Origin: Haliotis rubra | Lineage: Eukaryota | NCBI RefSeq assembly: GCF_003918875.1 | Contig: NW_025766936.1 | Span: 372,001 to 436,000 of the forward strand | Length of the DNA: 64,000 nucleotides | Direction: 5' to 3' | Shown: positions 51,910 through 64,000 of the stretch, piece by piece | Layout: each line of letters starts with the position of its first letter | Numbering within the stretch: position 1 is the stretch's first letter | Translations under genes and position numbers: made by a program | The notes under the pieces: generated by a model | What the model saw: only the letters and a program-made list of their open reading frames with translations | Databases searched by the model: none | What the model was told of the DNA's origin: nothing

Positions 51910-53299
51910 AATCCTGGCCATGATGTCCCCTTTGGCTTTGTGTCATTATTACCGCTTATCTTCTCCACTTTCCCCGCCAGAAGGACCCTACTAATGTCAC
52001 AGAATTGGTGATTTTCGTGAATTAAGAGATGCAGCGCATATCTGCTTATCAAATGTGACAATTTGATCGCGAAAACAGGACTATTCCGACTGCTGCTGGA
52101 CTACATTAACACGACCGCTTGTTCAGCAGCAATCAAAATCACGCCAGTTTTTATTGTGGTTAGCCCTGTTTCGGCTTTATGGCAGATGATATCGCCCCCT
52201 CCAGTGAGGAGTGAGCGACTAGAGGCATGGTGCCTCGCCGGCCGCTACATCACACATGCTTCATTGTGTAGCAGTAATTGCCCCGCGTTCACGGCCCTAC
52301 CATCTTCCCGAATGCTTCATACACAAGTGATATATAGAGACTGGAGGATCAGGCGGCCATTCTCGTTGATTCCGTTAACCGTCATCTCCACAACTCTATT
52401 ACTGTACATATCTTGATGGACGGCTCCCCGTGATGTTTGTCTTGTGATGTATAGGCACGGATTACATACAGTAGTCACGCAGTGATATATAAGCGATTAC
52501 TTCGGCATGTGAGTGGAATATTAATACATGGGTATTCAAACTAAGTAGAAAACAACAGGGGGTGTAATAGTGGGTGAGTTTGTTTTAACGTTGCTGTGAA
52601 TACATTTAATGATATAATAGTGTCCTGGTTTGATTTGGTAGGGGGGGGGTGGTGGTGGTCAATGGTGAAGGGTATTAATTGGAGGACATCTAGAATTGCA
52701 ACTCCGACCTGTCCATTGATGAACCTCCATCTGCTGTGGTCTGATATATAGAAAATGTAATATCTAACACAGGAAGAAGTTTCCCAACGCAACCTGTATA
52801 GGAGATAGCTGTTTTCCTTGAAACATCAAATAATATTTTTTTTAAAGTTATTATTTAATTAGTATTGTCCAGTCTGGGATGAACAAGGGTGGAATGACAT
52901 TCCAGGTTTCATTGTTACCCACAGAGTAACAATATATATAATCAGGTTACACAAAATCCGGGACTGATTGGATTAGGATCAGGTCTGCTGTGTGGTGGTC
53001 ACCTGTTCGTGGTGCTCCACTGTTCTTGGTGTTCCTCTGTTCGTGGTGTTCCCCACTTCGTGGCCATTGTGGGGATGGAGACAGAGACACCACACAGTTG
53101 GACTCCACCAGATGTCCCCATATCGACCCAGTCTCACACAGCCGGATATCAACAAGGCATAACAAGGGACCAATTAATTACAATTCCAAACGTTATTTTC
53201 TGGGACAACCAGCCATTAGTGGCGTGGAGAGGGGTAGCGTGAACAGGTTCGGTGACGAGGGGTTGCCGGGAAGACAATGAGCAGATGCCATTCATCTGA

Positions 53300-53610
53300 A
53301 TCTGTGTCCGGGATCCCCCTCAGATGCGGCCTCTACATTGATGGGGGACTACAACCGATGATTTGGCATCGATTCCACATCCATTCGCAAAGGTGGAATG
53401 CAATTACAGTTGAAAATAAACGTGTATATTGTAGGTTCGAACTTGACGATAACGTGTGTGAAGATGGACTTGCCCTGTGATCTGAGGGTATTTGGAGGTA
53501 CGGTCCAGGGAGACGATTTATCTGTACAGCAAGGAAGTATTTCCACATACCGTAGTAGCCTGTGTGTTGTACAAAACTTTGGTATAATAAATTCCAGCTT
53601 GAAACTATTC
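53300..53610 (-). mobile_element. Possible decayed LINE ORF2 C-terminal remnant
   Basis: YL.IPSDHRASPSSHTL...MWN resembles the CR1-type YL.P..R.TR.SH...WN.LP end; weak. Confidence 0.25.
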
Positions 53611-53623
53611 ACTTTGTCCTGGG

Positions 53624-54080
53624 CGACGTGGATGTATGGAAGGCCGGGACAGTATGACGTGGATGTATGGAAGTATGCCGTGGAAGTATGACGTGGATGT
53701 ATGGAAGGCTGGGACAGTACGATGTGGATGTATGGAAGGCCGGGACAGTATGACGTGGATGTATGGAAGGCCGGGACAGTGTGACGTGGATGTATGGAAG
53801 GCAGGGACGGTATGACGTGGATGTATGGAAGGCCGGGACAGTATGACGTGGATGTATGGAAGGCCGGGACAGTATGACGTGGATGTATGGAAGGCCGGGA
53901 CAGTGTGACGTGGATGTATGGAAGGCCGGGACAGTATGACGTGGATGTATGGAAGGCCGGGACAGTGTGACGTGGATGTATGGAAGGCAGGGACAGTATG
54001 ACGTGGATGTATGGAAGGCCGGGACAGTATGACGTGGATGTATGGAAGGCCGGGACAGTATGACGTGGATGTATGGAGGG
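53624..54080. repeat. 31-bp minisatellite, about 15 copies
   Basis: Unit gacgtggatgtatggaaggccgggacagtat. Confidence 0.96.
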
Positions 54081-54373
54081 CCGGTCACATACGTCGTCCA
54101 GTTTCTCTCAGTGTAGATCCCGTCATACAACCTGACATGTTGAAGTTGAGTTTCCGGTTTTACTAAGTACACGGTTTAAGTAAACGTTCAAGTCTTGAAA
54201 CTTCCACAGAACAATGGCCAACTTGTGTAACAATGTATTTGCATTTAAGGGGTGGCTTTCATGGACTGTCTCTCATAAAGGTTTTACGATAAGATACTGA
54301 CTTGTATATTAAACTTGGGTTTAAACCATACCACGGTTGTTTCCGTAAGGTATATTCCACGACTAATAACATA

Positions 54374-55868
54374 TACTGAGGCAAAAAAGAAACTTCACAA
54401 AATGTAATTTGAAAAATAATGAATAATTTTTCTTTGATGATACATCTATGTATCCGAAATGGGATCCCTATCTTTCGACTCTAGAAAAACGTTAGCAAAA
54501 CCCACTCAAACCCATCCATTCGTCGTGAAAATGACATTAGTGCCAAATCAGGTTTTGCACGTGCAGTCGATCACGTGATCTTCGCATCGAAGTTTTCTTC
54601 ATATGCACGTGTTTGCATTGGCCTCAAGAATTGAAAAAACACTTTTAAACCACAGTTCTAACGGTACTTGAAATGCCACGATTGTCAAATGTGCAACGTG
54701 AACGTGCCGTTGGCATGTTGCAAGCGGGAAGATCAGTTATTGACGTCGCAAGAGCAATGGGATGCAGCCGTCGTACTGTGTATGATTTGCGAGGTCGTCT
54801 ACAACAAACTGGCACCACTTCTGATTGCCCAAGGTCGGGTCGTCCACGTGTGACGTCACGAGCAGAAGACCGTCAATTCGTCCTACGTCACCTATGTGAC
54901 CGATTTCTGCAGGCTACACGAACCAGGGCTGAGATGTTTAGAGGTCGACTGTCCTCACAGACCATTCGAAATCGGTTGCGGGCTGCCAATCTCCATTCTC
55001 GACGTCCATATCGTGGGCCAATATTGACGCCGTTTCATCAACGTCAACGTCTGCTGTGGGCCCAACGTCACCTCCGATGGACGCAGAGAGACTGGAATCG
55101 AGTCGTCTTTAGCGATGAATCCAGGTTTACCCTCAGATTCGTGGACGGGAGGCATACAGTCTGGAGACGACGTCGTGAACGGTATGCCCAATGTTGTGTA
55201 CAGATTCGGGGGCGGAAGTTGCATGGTGTGGGGTGCTTTCTGTTGGAACAACCGTTCCCGACTTCTGGTCATCTGTGGAAACCTCACAGCTCCTGCTTAC
55301 GGCGACCAGGTGCTCACCCCTGAACTCGTTCCTTTTATGGCGGCTCATGGCCCAGGTCTACAGTTCCAGCATGATAATGCTCGGCCGCATACCGCGATGT
55401 TGAATCAACGTCATGGACTGGCCATCGAGGTCTCCTGTTCTTAATCCAATAGAGCACGTTTGGGATGCACTTGGGGGAAGGCTTCGTGGTCTTAGGAACC
55501 AACCTCAGAATTTGCAGGAACTTGGCGCTGCCTTGCAAGAGCAATGGCGCAGAATCCCCAACCACGTGTTCACAAGCATCAGGCAGTCGATGAGGAGACG
55601 GTGTTTGGCAGTGGTGAATGCGCGGGGCGGCCATACACGATATTGAACTGAGAAATTTCGCATTTTTATTCTTTTGACTTGACATTCTGTATACCCATGT
55701 TTTGGAACGCTGGTGCAGCCTAATGGAACTGATTATGGCACTGTCAGTGTATCGAGTACATCACACAGATCTCAGCAATGAAATAATAACAATTTAACCA
55801 TCTTACCATCTCTTGTTCTTTTATAGTGCCCTGAAGAAAGAATGTGAAGTTTCTTTTTTGACTCAGTA
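54374..55868 (+). mobile_element. Tc1-like DNA transposon, family A copy 2 (both TIRs present)
   Basis: TIRs tactgaggcaaaaaagaaacttcaca and tgtgaagtttcttttttgactcagta, flanked by TA at 54372-54373 and 55869-55870. Confidence 0.97.
54673..55646 (+). pseudogene. Tc1-like DDE transposase pseudogene
   Basis: FSDES, QHDNARPH, WPSRSP.LNPIEHVW, RGGHTRY*; 11-nt frameshifting deletion at about 55203 and a second deletion at about 55403. Confidence 0.95.
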
Positions 55869-56621
55869 TATATTACTCAAAGTATATATCAAACTCGAGG
55901 GTTGGTTTAAATGCCTATTCTTGGATTTCTGCAAAGCATTTGTCTCAGTTAACACAGCTCTTCTCTCTCTGATTTATCGACATATGTCGACCCCGTCAGA
56001 TCACTCTACCTCGACCATGTTTCACTTCACGTCTAGACCAGCGATGTGTGAAGACCTCCACCCTGAATATCCAGTCTAGACACTGTAGTTACATTTGACC
56101 TCTACAACCACCGGGTGTTCATCATATCACAGATTGTGTCATTGTACTACTGACAGTATAAGTCATACTTCCATTGTACTTGTACTGTCATTGTACTTGT
56201 ACTGCCACTCTGGTTTGTACTGACGTCGTTTTGACATTCCTTTGCCTTAAGTTGTTTACATAGCTAACTTATAATGCAATTCAAATCTTATATCATCTCA
56301 TGTGTATGTTTGTGTTTGTTTGTTCAACTCGCGTGACGAGCAGAGCCAAACCGTCGGGTTTTTAACTAATTTAGCGATGAAGCTATATTAAAGCTACCTC
56401 TGCAAATAACTGATGCTGATTAAATGGGACTATTTCTGTTCAGTGGCATTCTATTTTGACTTTCTTTTATCTTCTAATCTCCTGGACGAGGAGCAAATAA
56501 GCTTAAACCCCTAAGAAAACGCAGCTCTGATTAATCAGATAAAGCAGCACTGCAATGTTGCAGCTAATGGAGGGGCTGGACATATATAACACAACACACG
56601 TCCTCTACAACATCAATACAA

Positions 56622-57046
56622 CCAACAGATGTCCGCTACGACCTCCGTTTGTGTAAAGTCAGTACAACAGATATCCGCTACAATCTCCGCTTGTGTAAAG
56701 TCAGTACAACAGATGTCCGCTACAGTCTCCGCTTGTGTAAGTCAGTACAACAGATGTCCGCTACGATCTCCGTTTGTGTAAAGTCAGTACAACAGATGTC
56801 CGCTACAATCTCCGTTTGTGTAAAGTCAGTACAACAGATGTCCGCTACGATCTCCGTTTGTGTAATGTCAGTACAACAGATACCCGCTACGATCTCCGCT
56901 TGTGTAAAGTCAGTACAACGTATACCCGCTACAGTCTCCGTTTGTGTAAAGTCAGTACAACAGATATCCGCTACAGTCTCCGTTTGTGTAAAGTCAGTAC
57001 AACAGATACCCGCTACAATCTCCGTTTGTGTAAAGTCAGTACAACA
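56622..57046. repeat. 42-bp minisatellite, about 10 copies
   Basis: Unit aacagatgtccgctacgatctccgtttgtgtaaagtcagtac. Confidence 0.95.
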
Positions 57047-58282
57047 TACGCCCTCTACAAAGTTAGCACCAGTAACATCGGTCGAACGTTCCCTCTGTAC
57101 AATCACGGCATGAGCTGTTCTAGATTGACGGCTGTGTTATGCCTGACGTTGTTCCAAGACGGCGTTGAAACGGGAAAGCCAAGCCCTGCTAACAACACAA
57201 TTCCCATTAAGGGGGCACTACAACAGAACAATGGCAATTACGGTGGTCTGCCTGCTGCCAATTACCAGGTTGCAGTCTGGCGTCCCCGCCGGGTATAACT
57301 TGTACAACTTTGCCCCTGTCTTCCTACACCAGTCTGTTGCACAGACGTCAATTTTCGATGTTACACTGGAAAGGTGGGAAATGTTTGGTTGGGGGAATGC
57401 AACGATGGTATAGCTAGTCACGTGGTCTCTACTTCCGGTGTCACGGAGGGCGAGGCGAAGCTCTTACTACAAGTGAACATCACGCTGAGATCCCGGAATC
57501 AGATGCTATCCCCTCTACCAACGGTGATTTATACAGTAAACGTTCATTCAGTTGGCTTCTTTTGAAATAAGGGTTGTGTTTAAGGTTTAACTTATTCACG
57601 ATCAGATGAACAGGGTGAGTCAATTACGATTGGACATTATCTCTGTGAGGCCGTCATTTATATTCGAGATCATTCAACTTAACTGACTCGATCCAACAGG
57701 ACAAGGGTATTCAAGGTGGTAAGATATATGTTATCCAACCAGCCTCCCCCTTCCCCTGCCCTTCAACTCCCAGCATTCCCATCTCCCAGTGACGTCGGCA
57801 AAAGGACACTTTTTCTAAAGGTCAAAGGCAACGGTGTATACTTGGTACGGTATTAACTTGTGCTTATCAAATAGCCTTCGTCCCGATGGTATTGCCTCAT
57901 TGCCCGGACTGGCGAGTGGTCTGCTACGTGTCGACTGCTGGTCGACTGGGGAACACGGCAGGAGAGAGATGGGTCCTCTGGTGCTAGGTGAGATGTGTTC
58001 TCCCCGATCACTGATGACCGTCTGAACAGTGTCACCTCATAGGCCAGGCGTCTGGGGCGGACATCATGGTGAGATTCAAGTTGCATCTCACACACATTTA
58101 ACAAAACTATGAAAAGTCAACTGTCAAAATGAAATATCACCTTTAACACCCTGGTTGTTGAATCCACCGAGTTGCTGATCAATCTAGCCATGGAATCTAG
58201 ATACTGGCATGTACATAAATAGATAATTGTCTTCAGGCCGCTGCCAAGGAATATGTATGCCTTGTATGATCAAATACGAGTT

Positions 58283-58456
58283 GGGGCGGAGGGGTAGTCT
58301 AGTAGTTAAAGCGGTCGCTCGTCACGCCGAAGACCCGGGTTCGAATCCCCACATTGGTACAATGAGTGAAGCCCATTTCTGGTGTCCCCCGCCGTGATAT
58401 TGCTGGAATATTGCTAAAAGCGGCGTAAAACCAAACTCAGTCAGTCAGTCAGTCAG
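58283..58456 (+). mobile_element. tRNA-derived SINE family 1, full length
   Basis: B box ggttcgaatccc, (cagt)n tail; TSD tcaaatacga(g/t)tt at 58270-58282 and 58457-58469. Confidence 0.93.
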
Positions 58457-59149
58457 TCAAATACGATTTCATTGTGTTATACCCCGATTTTCCAAAAGAC
58501 GATGTGACTCTGTCTGTTTAACACTGTAATTGAACTGTTAACAATATAGATATATGTGTGTGTCATTACAATCCGCGAACTGAATTAATACTAGTTGTAG
58601 CACAGTCTGCAACATCAGATCTTGGTTGATGAAGTCATTGTTAAAAATACATATAAAAGTTGATGACTTGACCAGCACTCTACAGGTATGTGTGTACTAT
58701 CTTCCTCCGTCACTCCTCAGTATATAGGCCGCTGTGCTGTGTAGTTGCTCCTAGTAACTCACCAATCAAAGGCTGGCCTTTGCCCACAAAGAGGGAAACC
58801 ATTACTGACAATAATGAGGGCTCAGTTCACATTTCACAAACGTCGACATTTATTTCTTGACACCATACTTTACATAATGTTTCAATGTCAGACAGAAATG
58901 GGTTTCATGAATTTTACCAACATCATTTAAACTAGACATGTATGTACTTCACCACAAACCGGCGTATCCGTCCCCTATATTAGCGGGGGTTTGGATGACG
59001 TGGTGAAGAACTGACGGTGGAAGACAAAATGTGATGTTACTAAGATCACCCAGTAGAAAAGGCACGAAATACATCAAAGGGGTCCGTCCGCAAAGTTCAG
59101 CTTCAATCAGAGGACCACAGATAGGTAGGACAGGACAGGAGACTACCAC

Positions 59150-59604
59150 ATCCACGAATGTCCTCTGGACCAACCACTGCAGTGCAGCAGGTCAATGGAT
59201 GCCCTCCAGACTGAACACTACAGAGCAGTAGGTCCGCGGATGTCCTCCAGACTGAACAGTAGATCCACGGATGTCCTCCAGACTGAACACTACAGAGCAA
59301 TAGATCCACGGATGTCCTCCAGACTGAATAGTAGGTCCACGGATGTCCTCCAGACTGAACAGTAGATCCACGGATGTCCTCCAGACTGAACACTACAGAG
59401 CAATAGGTCCACGGATGTCCTCCAGACTGAACAGTAGGTCCACGGATGTCCTCCAGACTGAACAGTAGGGCCACGGATGTGCTCCAGACTGAACAGTAGG
59501 GCCACGGATGTCCTCCAGACTGAACAGTAGGTCCACGGATGTCCTCCAGACTGAACAGTAGGTCCACGGATGTCCTCCAGACTGAACACTACAGAGCAGT
59601 AGGG
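59150..59604. repeat. 31-bp and 42-bp mixed-unit minisatellite
   Basis: ccacggatgtcctccagactgaacagtaggt, with some units carrying an extra ctacagagca segment. Confidence 0.93.
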
Positions 59605-61004
59605 CCTCGAATGTCCATCATACCAAGCACTACGGACCAGGATCCCCTTGGATTACCTCAACACATCATATCAGTGGGCAGTTCCATCCACGTTTATTTA
59701 AGATTACTCCTCAACCTAGAAATTCGCTTTCGATTCAAGAAATCGGAATTGTTAACCAAGATTTAGGCTATGATGACAAATTCCACGTTAGGAAAAATAT
59801 TTCCATGAACAATTCATCTATACAAGTGACAAATGCTCCGATATATTTGTCCCGTTTAGTTAAATATTCATCGACATTTTGTATGCAAATAGATGTCAAT
59901 GTCAATTCTCCCATCGAATACAGAAATCACACAATGAATGCACTTGTTACTTGTGTACCAAACACTGTTTCTAGAACTTTGATGATCTAACACAATTTCA
60001 ATATATTACATGAAACATAACCATAATTAACATATATATTAATTGGTCTGTGATCTCAAGTACGTTCTGATCTATCTGTGGCCGGCATCGAGTAAACTAT
60101 CCTGACACGCCTGGTACACCAATCTGAGCATGTTCCTGATCTAAACAGGCACTTATTTCACTCGATAACGTGTGCTGATCCAATCTGAGCATGTTCCTGA
60201 TCTAAACCGTGATACAAGGCACTCGTGGTCCGGCATCAAAAGATATTTAACATTTGAAAAACAACTTCAAATTTAGAAATATGAACAAATGAGCAAACAA
60301 ATCGTTGTTACTGCACAAGCCAAGCACACCTTAATCAATACTTGTCTCTGATATAGAAAGGGTTCATCTTTATAAATAGTAATGAATAACAAGTTTATCG
60401 AACATTTTGGCCAGCGTTGAAATCTAGAAGTAATACTTTCAAAAGAAAAGCGTTCATTTCCTAAAGACAGCAATATTAAGAACATATCCACATGACTTCA
60501 TCCCTGAGAAAATTAGAGTTCAGACCTTCAGTTAAAATGGTGTTTACATGCACTGTTTGTATGCCTTGGAAGTTATCTGTTCACAGAGTGATCGATCAGA
60601 ACTACGGAACCAGTAACGATTGCGACTGGATTAGCAAAATTTACTTTGCTACACATTATTTCTTTGAAACAGAATTAAACTCAACCAAGCTTCACAAAAA
60701 TGTCAAAATGACTCCAAGTATATATCAAGCATTTGACCGTGTTTGCAAAAATGACCAATACGTGATAAATTCCTAAAATGTGTCTACCTGTTGTTGAAAA
60801 CAAATGTCAAAGTTTACAGAAACACACACAATAGTATAGTAATGTTGGGTAGCCCGTGTGACTGTGGAAACAGCAGTCCCGCGATGCGGAATAAAATGTT
60901 GCAGTGTGTGTCGTCACGCCATGATGGGTCCAAATCACACAGATAAGCCAGGGTTGCCTCCCTTGACTTTAAATATCAGCAGTGTCGTGGTAAATAAATG
61001 AATG

Positions 61005-61100
61005 TTTCTATTTGTTTATTTGATGTTTAACGCCATACTCAAGCTATATGGCAGCAGTCTATAAGTGATTGAGCCTTGACCAGACAATACAGTGATGGAC
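61005..61100 (-). mobile_element. SINE family 2, 3' fragment leading into a SINE-derived array
   Basis: gtttaacgcc..ctc..gctatatggcagcagtct...gaccagacaat.cagtgat aligns with 13354-13440. Confidence 0.7.
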
Positions 61101-62215
61101 ACCGATGTTACGGTTGAGACCAGAATGTGTTGCTGAAGACAATCTCTAACCCCGATGTTACGGTTGAGACAAGCACGAGATCCTGAAGACCATCTCTAAC
61201 CCCAATGTTACGGTTGAGACAAGAATGAGTTGCTGAAGACCATCTCTAACCCCGATGTTACGGTTGAGATAAGCATGTGTTGCTGAAGACCATCTCTAAT
61301 TCCGATGTTACGGTTGAGACAAGCATGAGTTGCTGAAGACCATCTCTAATCCCGATGTTACGGTTGAGACAAGCATGTGTTGCTGAAGACCATCTCTAGC
61401 CCCGATGTTACGGTTGAGACAAGCATGTGTTGCTGAAGACCATCTCTAACCCCGATGTTACGGTTGAGACAAGCATGAGTTGCTGAAGACAATCTCTAAC
61501 CCCGATGTTACGGTTGACACAAGAATGTGTTGCTGAAGACCATCTCTAACCCCGATGTTACGGTTGAGACAAGCATGAGTTGCTGAAGACAATCTCTAAC
61601 CCCGATGTTACGGTTGACACAAGAATGTGTTGCTGGAGATCATCTCTAACCCCGATGTTACGGTTGAGACAAGCATGAGTTGCTGAAGACAATCTCTAAC
61701 CCCGATGTTACGGTTGACACAAGAATGTGTTGCTGAAGACCATCTCTAACCCCGATGTTACGGTTGAGACAAGCATGAGTTGCTGAAGACAATCTCTAAC
61801 CCCGATGTTACGGTTGACACAAGAATGTGTTGCTGGAGATCATCTCTAACCCCGATGTTACAGTTGAGACAAGCATGAGTTGCTGAAGACAATCTCTAAC
61901 CCCGATGTTACGGTTGACACAAGAATGTGTTGCTGAAGACCATCTCTAACCCCGATGTTACGGTTGAGACAAGCATGAGTTGCTGAAGACAATCTCTAAC
62001 CCCGATGTTACGGTTGACACAAGAATGTGTTGCTGAAGACCATCTCTAACCTCGATGTTACGGTTGAGACAAGCATGAGTTGCTGAAGACAATCTCTAAC
62101 CCCGATGTTACGGTTGACACAAGAATGTGTTGCTGGAGATCATCTCTAACCCCGATGTTACAGTTGAGACAAGCACGAGATGCTGAAGAACAGTTCTAAT
62201 GTAGATCTTCACGGG
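61101..62215. repeat. 50-bp minisatellite, about 22 copies, partly alternating as a 100-bp dimer
   Basis: Unit cccgatgttacggttgagacaagcatgagttgctgaagaccatctctaac. Confidence 0.97.
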
Positions 62216-62486
62216 GCAGACAAGCATGGGATTCTGAAGGCCGCGTCTTACCTTGAACTTCTCGATTGTGCATGGGTTGATGAACCTGAAACAAACATGA
62301 ATCCTCGATAGTGTGGCAAACATTTCTCTAATTCTCTAATTCTAACCTGGCTCTTCTCCAGGACGACAGACATGGGTTGGAAGGACAATTCTAACTCAGG
62401 TCTTCACGGTTGTAACAAGCACGGGTAGCTGATGGCAAATCCTAACCTGGATCTTCAGGAAAGAGACCAATTCTAAAGAAACTCAC

Positions 62487-62770
62487 GGTTGTGACATGTA
62501 TTGGTTGCTGAAGGCTGTTATTCTAGTTCTAGTTGTAACTCGGATGTTCATGGTTGTGAAATGTATTGGTTGCTGAAGGCTGTTATTCTAGTTCTAGTTG
62601 TAACTCGGATGTTCATGGTTGTGAAATGTATTGGTTGCTGAAGGCTGTTATTCTAGTTCTAGTTGTAACTCGGATGTTCATGGTTGTGAAATGTATTGGT
62701 TGCTGAAGGCCGTTATTTTAGTTCTAGTTGTAGCTCAGATGTTCATGGTTGCATAAGCACGGGTTGCTGC
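62487..62770. repeat. 65-bp tandem repeat, about 4 copies, related to the 50-bp unit
   Basis: ggttgtgaaatgtattggttgctgaaggctgttattctagttctagttgtaactcggatgttcat. Confidence 0.9.
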
Positions 62771-62885
62771 AGGTGGGCTGGAACACAGGGGTGTTAGGTG
62801 GTTGTCTTCAAACAAACCACCAGTGGTTAATACGTTTACGAATTGATGTAACCTTTCTTTTTGGTTTCCTCTACTTGACATAAAA

Positions 62886-64000
62886 GACATTGTATATATA
62901 GTGTTAGCTGTTCGGTAATACTTGACATGGTATATATAGTGTTAGCTGTTCGGTAATACTTGACATTGTATATATAGTGTTAGCTGTTCGGTAATACCTG
63001 ACATGGTATATATAGTGTTAGCTGGTCGGTAATACTTGACATTGTATATATAGTGTTAGCTGTTCGGTAATACCTGACATGGTATATATAGTGTTAGCTG
63101 TTCGGTAATACTTGACCTTGTAAATATAGTGTTAGCTGTTCGGTACTACCTGACATTATATATATAGTGATAGCTGTTCGGTAATACTTGACATTGTTTT
63201 TATAGTGTTAGCTGTTCGGTAATACTTGACATTGTATTCATAGTGTTAGCTGTTCGGTTATACCTGACATTGTATATATAGTGTTAGCTGTTCGGTAATA
63301 CTTGACATTGTATATATAGTGTTAGCTGTTCGGTAATACTTGACATTGTATATATAGTGTTAGCTGTTCGGTAATACTTGACATTGTATATATAGTGTTA
63401 GCTGTTCGGTAATACTTGACATTGTATTTATAGTGTTAGCTGTTCGGTAATACCTGACATTGTAGTTATAGTGTTAGCTGTTCGGTAATACTTGACATGG
63501 TATATATAGTGTTAGGTAATACTTGACATTGTATTTATAGTGTTAGCTGTTCGGTAATACCTGACATTGTATATATAGTGTTAGCTGTTCGGTAATACTT
63601 GACACTATATATATAGTGTTAGCTGTTCGGTAATACTTGACATTGTATATATAGTGTTAGCTGTTCGGTAATACTTGACATTAATTTTATAGTGTTAGCT
63701 GTTCGGTAATACTTGACATTGTATTCATAGTGTTAGCTGTTCGGTTATACCTGACATTGTGTATATAGTGTTAGCTGTTCGGTAATACTTGACATTGTAT
63801 ATATAGTGTTAGCTGTTCGGTAATACTTGACATTGTTTCTATAGTGTTAGCTGTTCGGTAATACTTGACATTGTATTTATAGTGTTAGCTGTTCGGTAAT
63901 ACCTGACATTGTATATATAGTGTTAGCTGTTCGGTAATACTTGACATGGTATATATAGTGCTAGGTAATACTTGACATTGTATATATAGTGTTAGCTGTT
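62886..64000. repeat. 38-bp minisatellite, at least 29 copies, running off the window end
   Basis: Unit gacattgtatatatagtgttagctgttcggtaatactt. Confidence 0.98.

Noticed and set aside
51900-51935. EGF-like GHHGQDCGECTEGYSG reading across the 68-bp array junction
   Set aside because: The frame is closed by stops on both sides within a few codons and has no clear splice sites
49104-52011. 939, 903 and 641 aa plus-strand ORFs
   Set aside because: The 68-bp unit lacks stops on this strand, all three frames are open, and 1-nt indels between units are common

Overview
Eukaryotic, repeat-rich DNA, probably from a mollusc (the SINE and minisatellite content suggests a gastropod such as abalone; this is inference). 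I found no intact protein-coding gene. About 30% of the window is roughly 20 unrelated minisatellite arrays (units of 15-68 bp); all long ORFs in the ORF track come from these arrays. Mobile elements include two broken copies of one Tc1-like transposon plus a second Tc1 family, fragments of L2/CR1-group LINEs, a Penelope-like RT fragment, a possible DIRS-type remnant, three SINE families and a nested fold-back MITE. The most interesting observations are: (1) a roughly 200-bp palindromic element, flanked by target-site duplications (TSDs), carrying a variant minimal hammerhead ribozyme, with three relatives in the window; (2) a three-copy decayed coding unit with ADAM/reprolysin-like motifs, where two inverted copies share a near-identical core of about 340 bp; (3) several minisatellites traceable to transposon or SINE ends. 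All family assignments were made by eye and need database confirmation.
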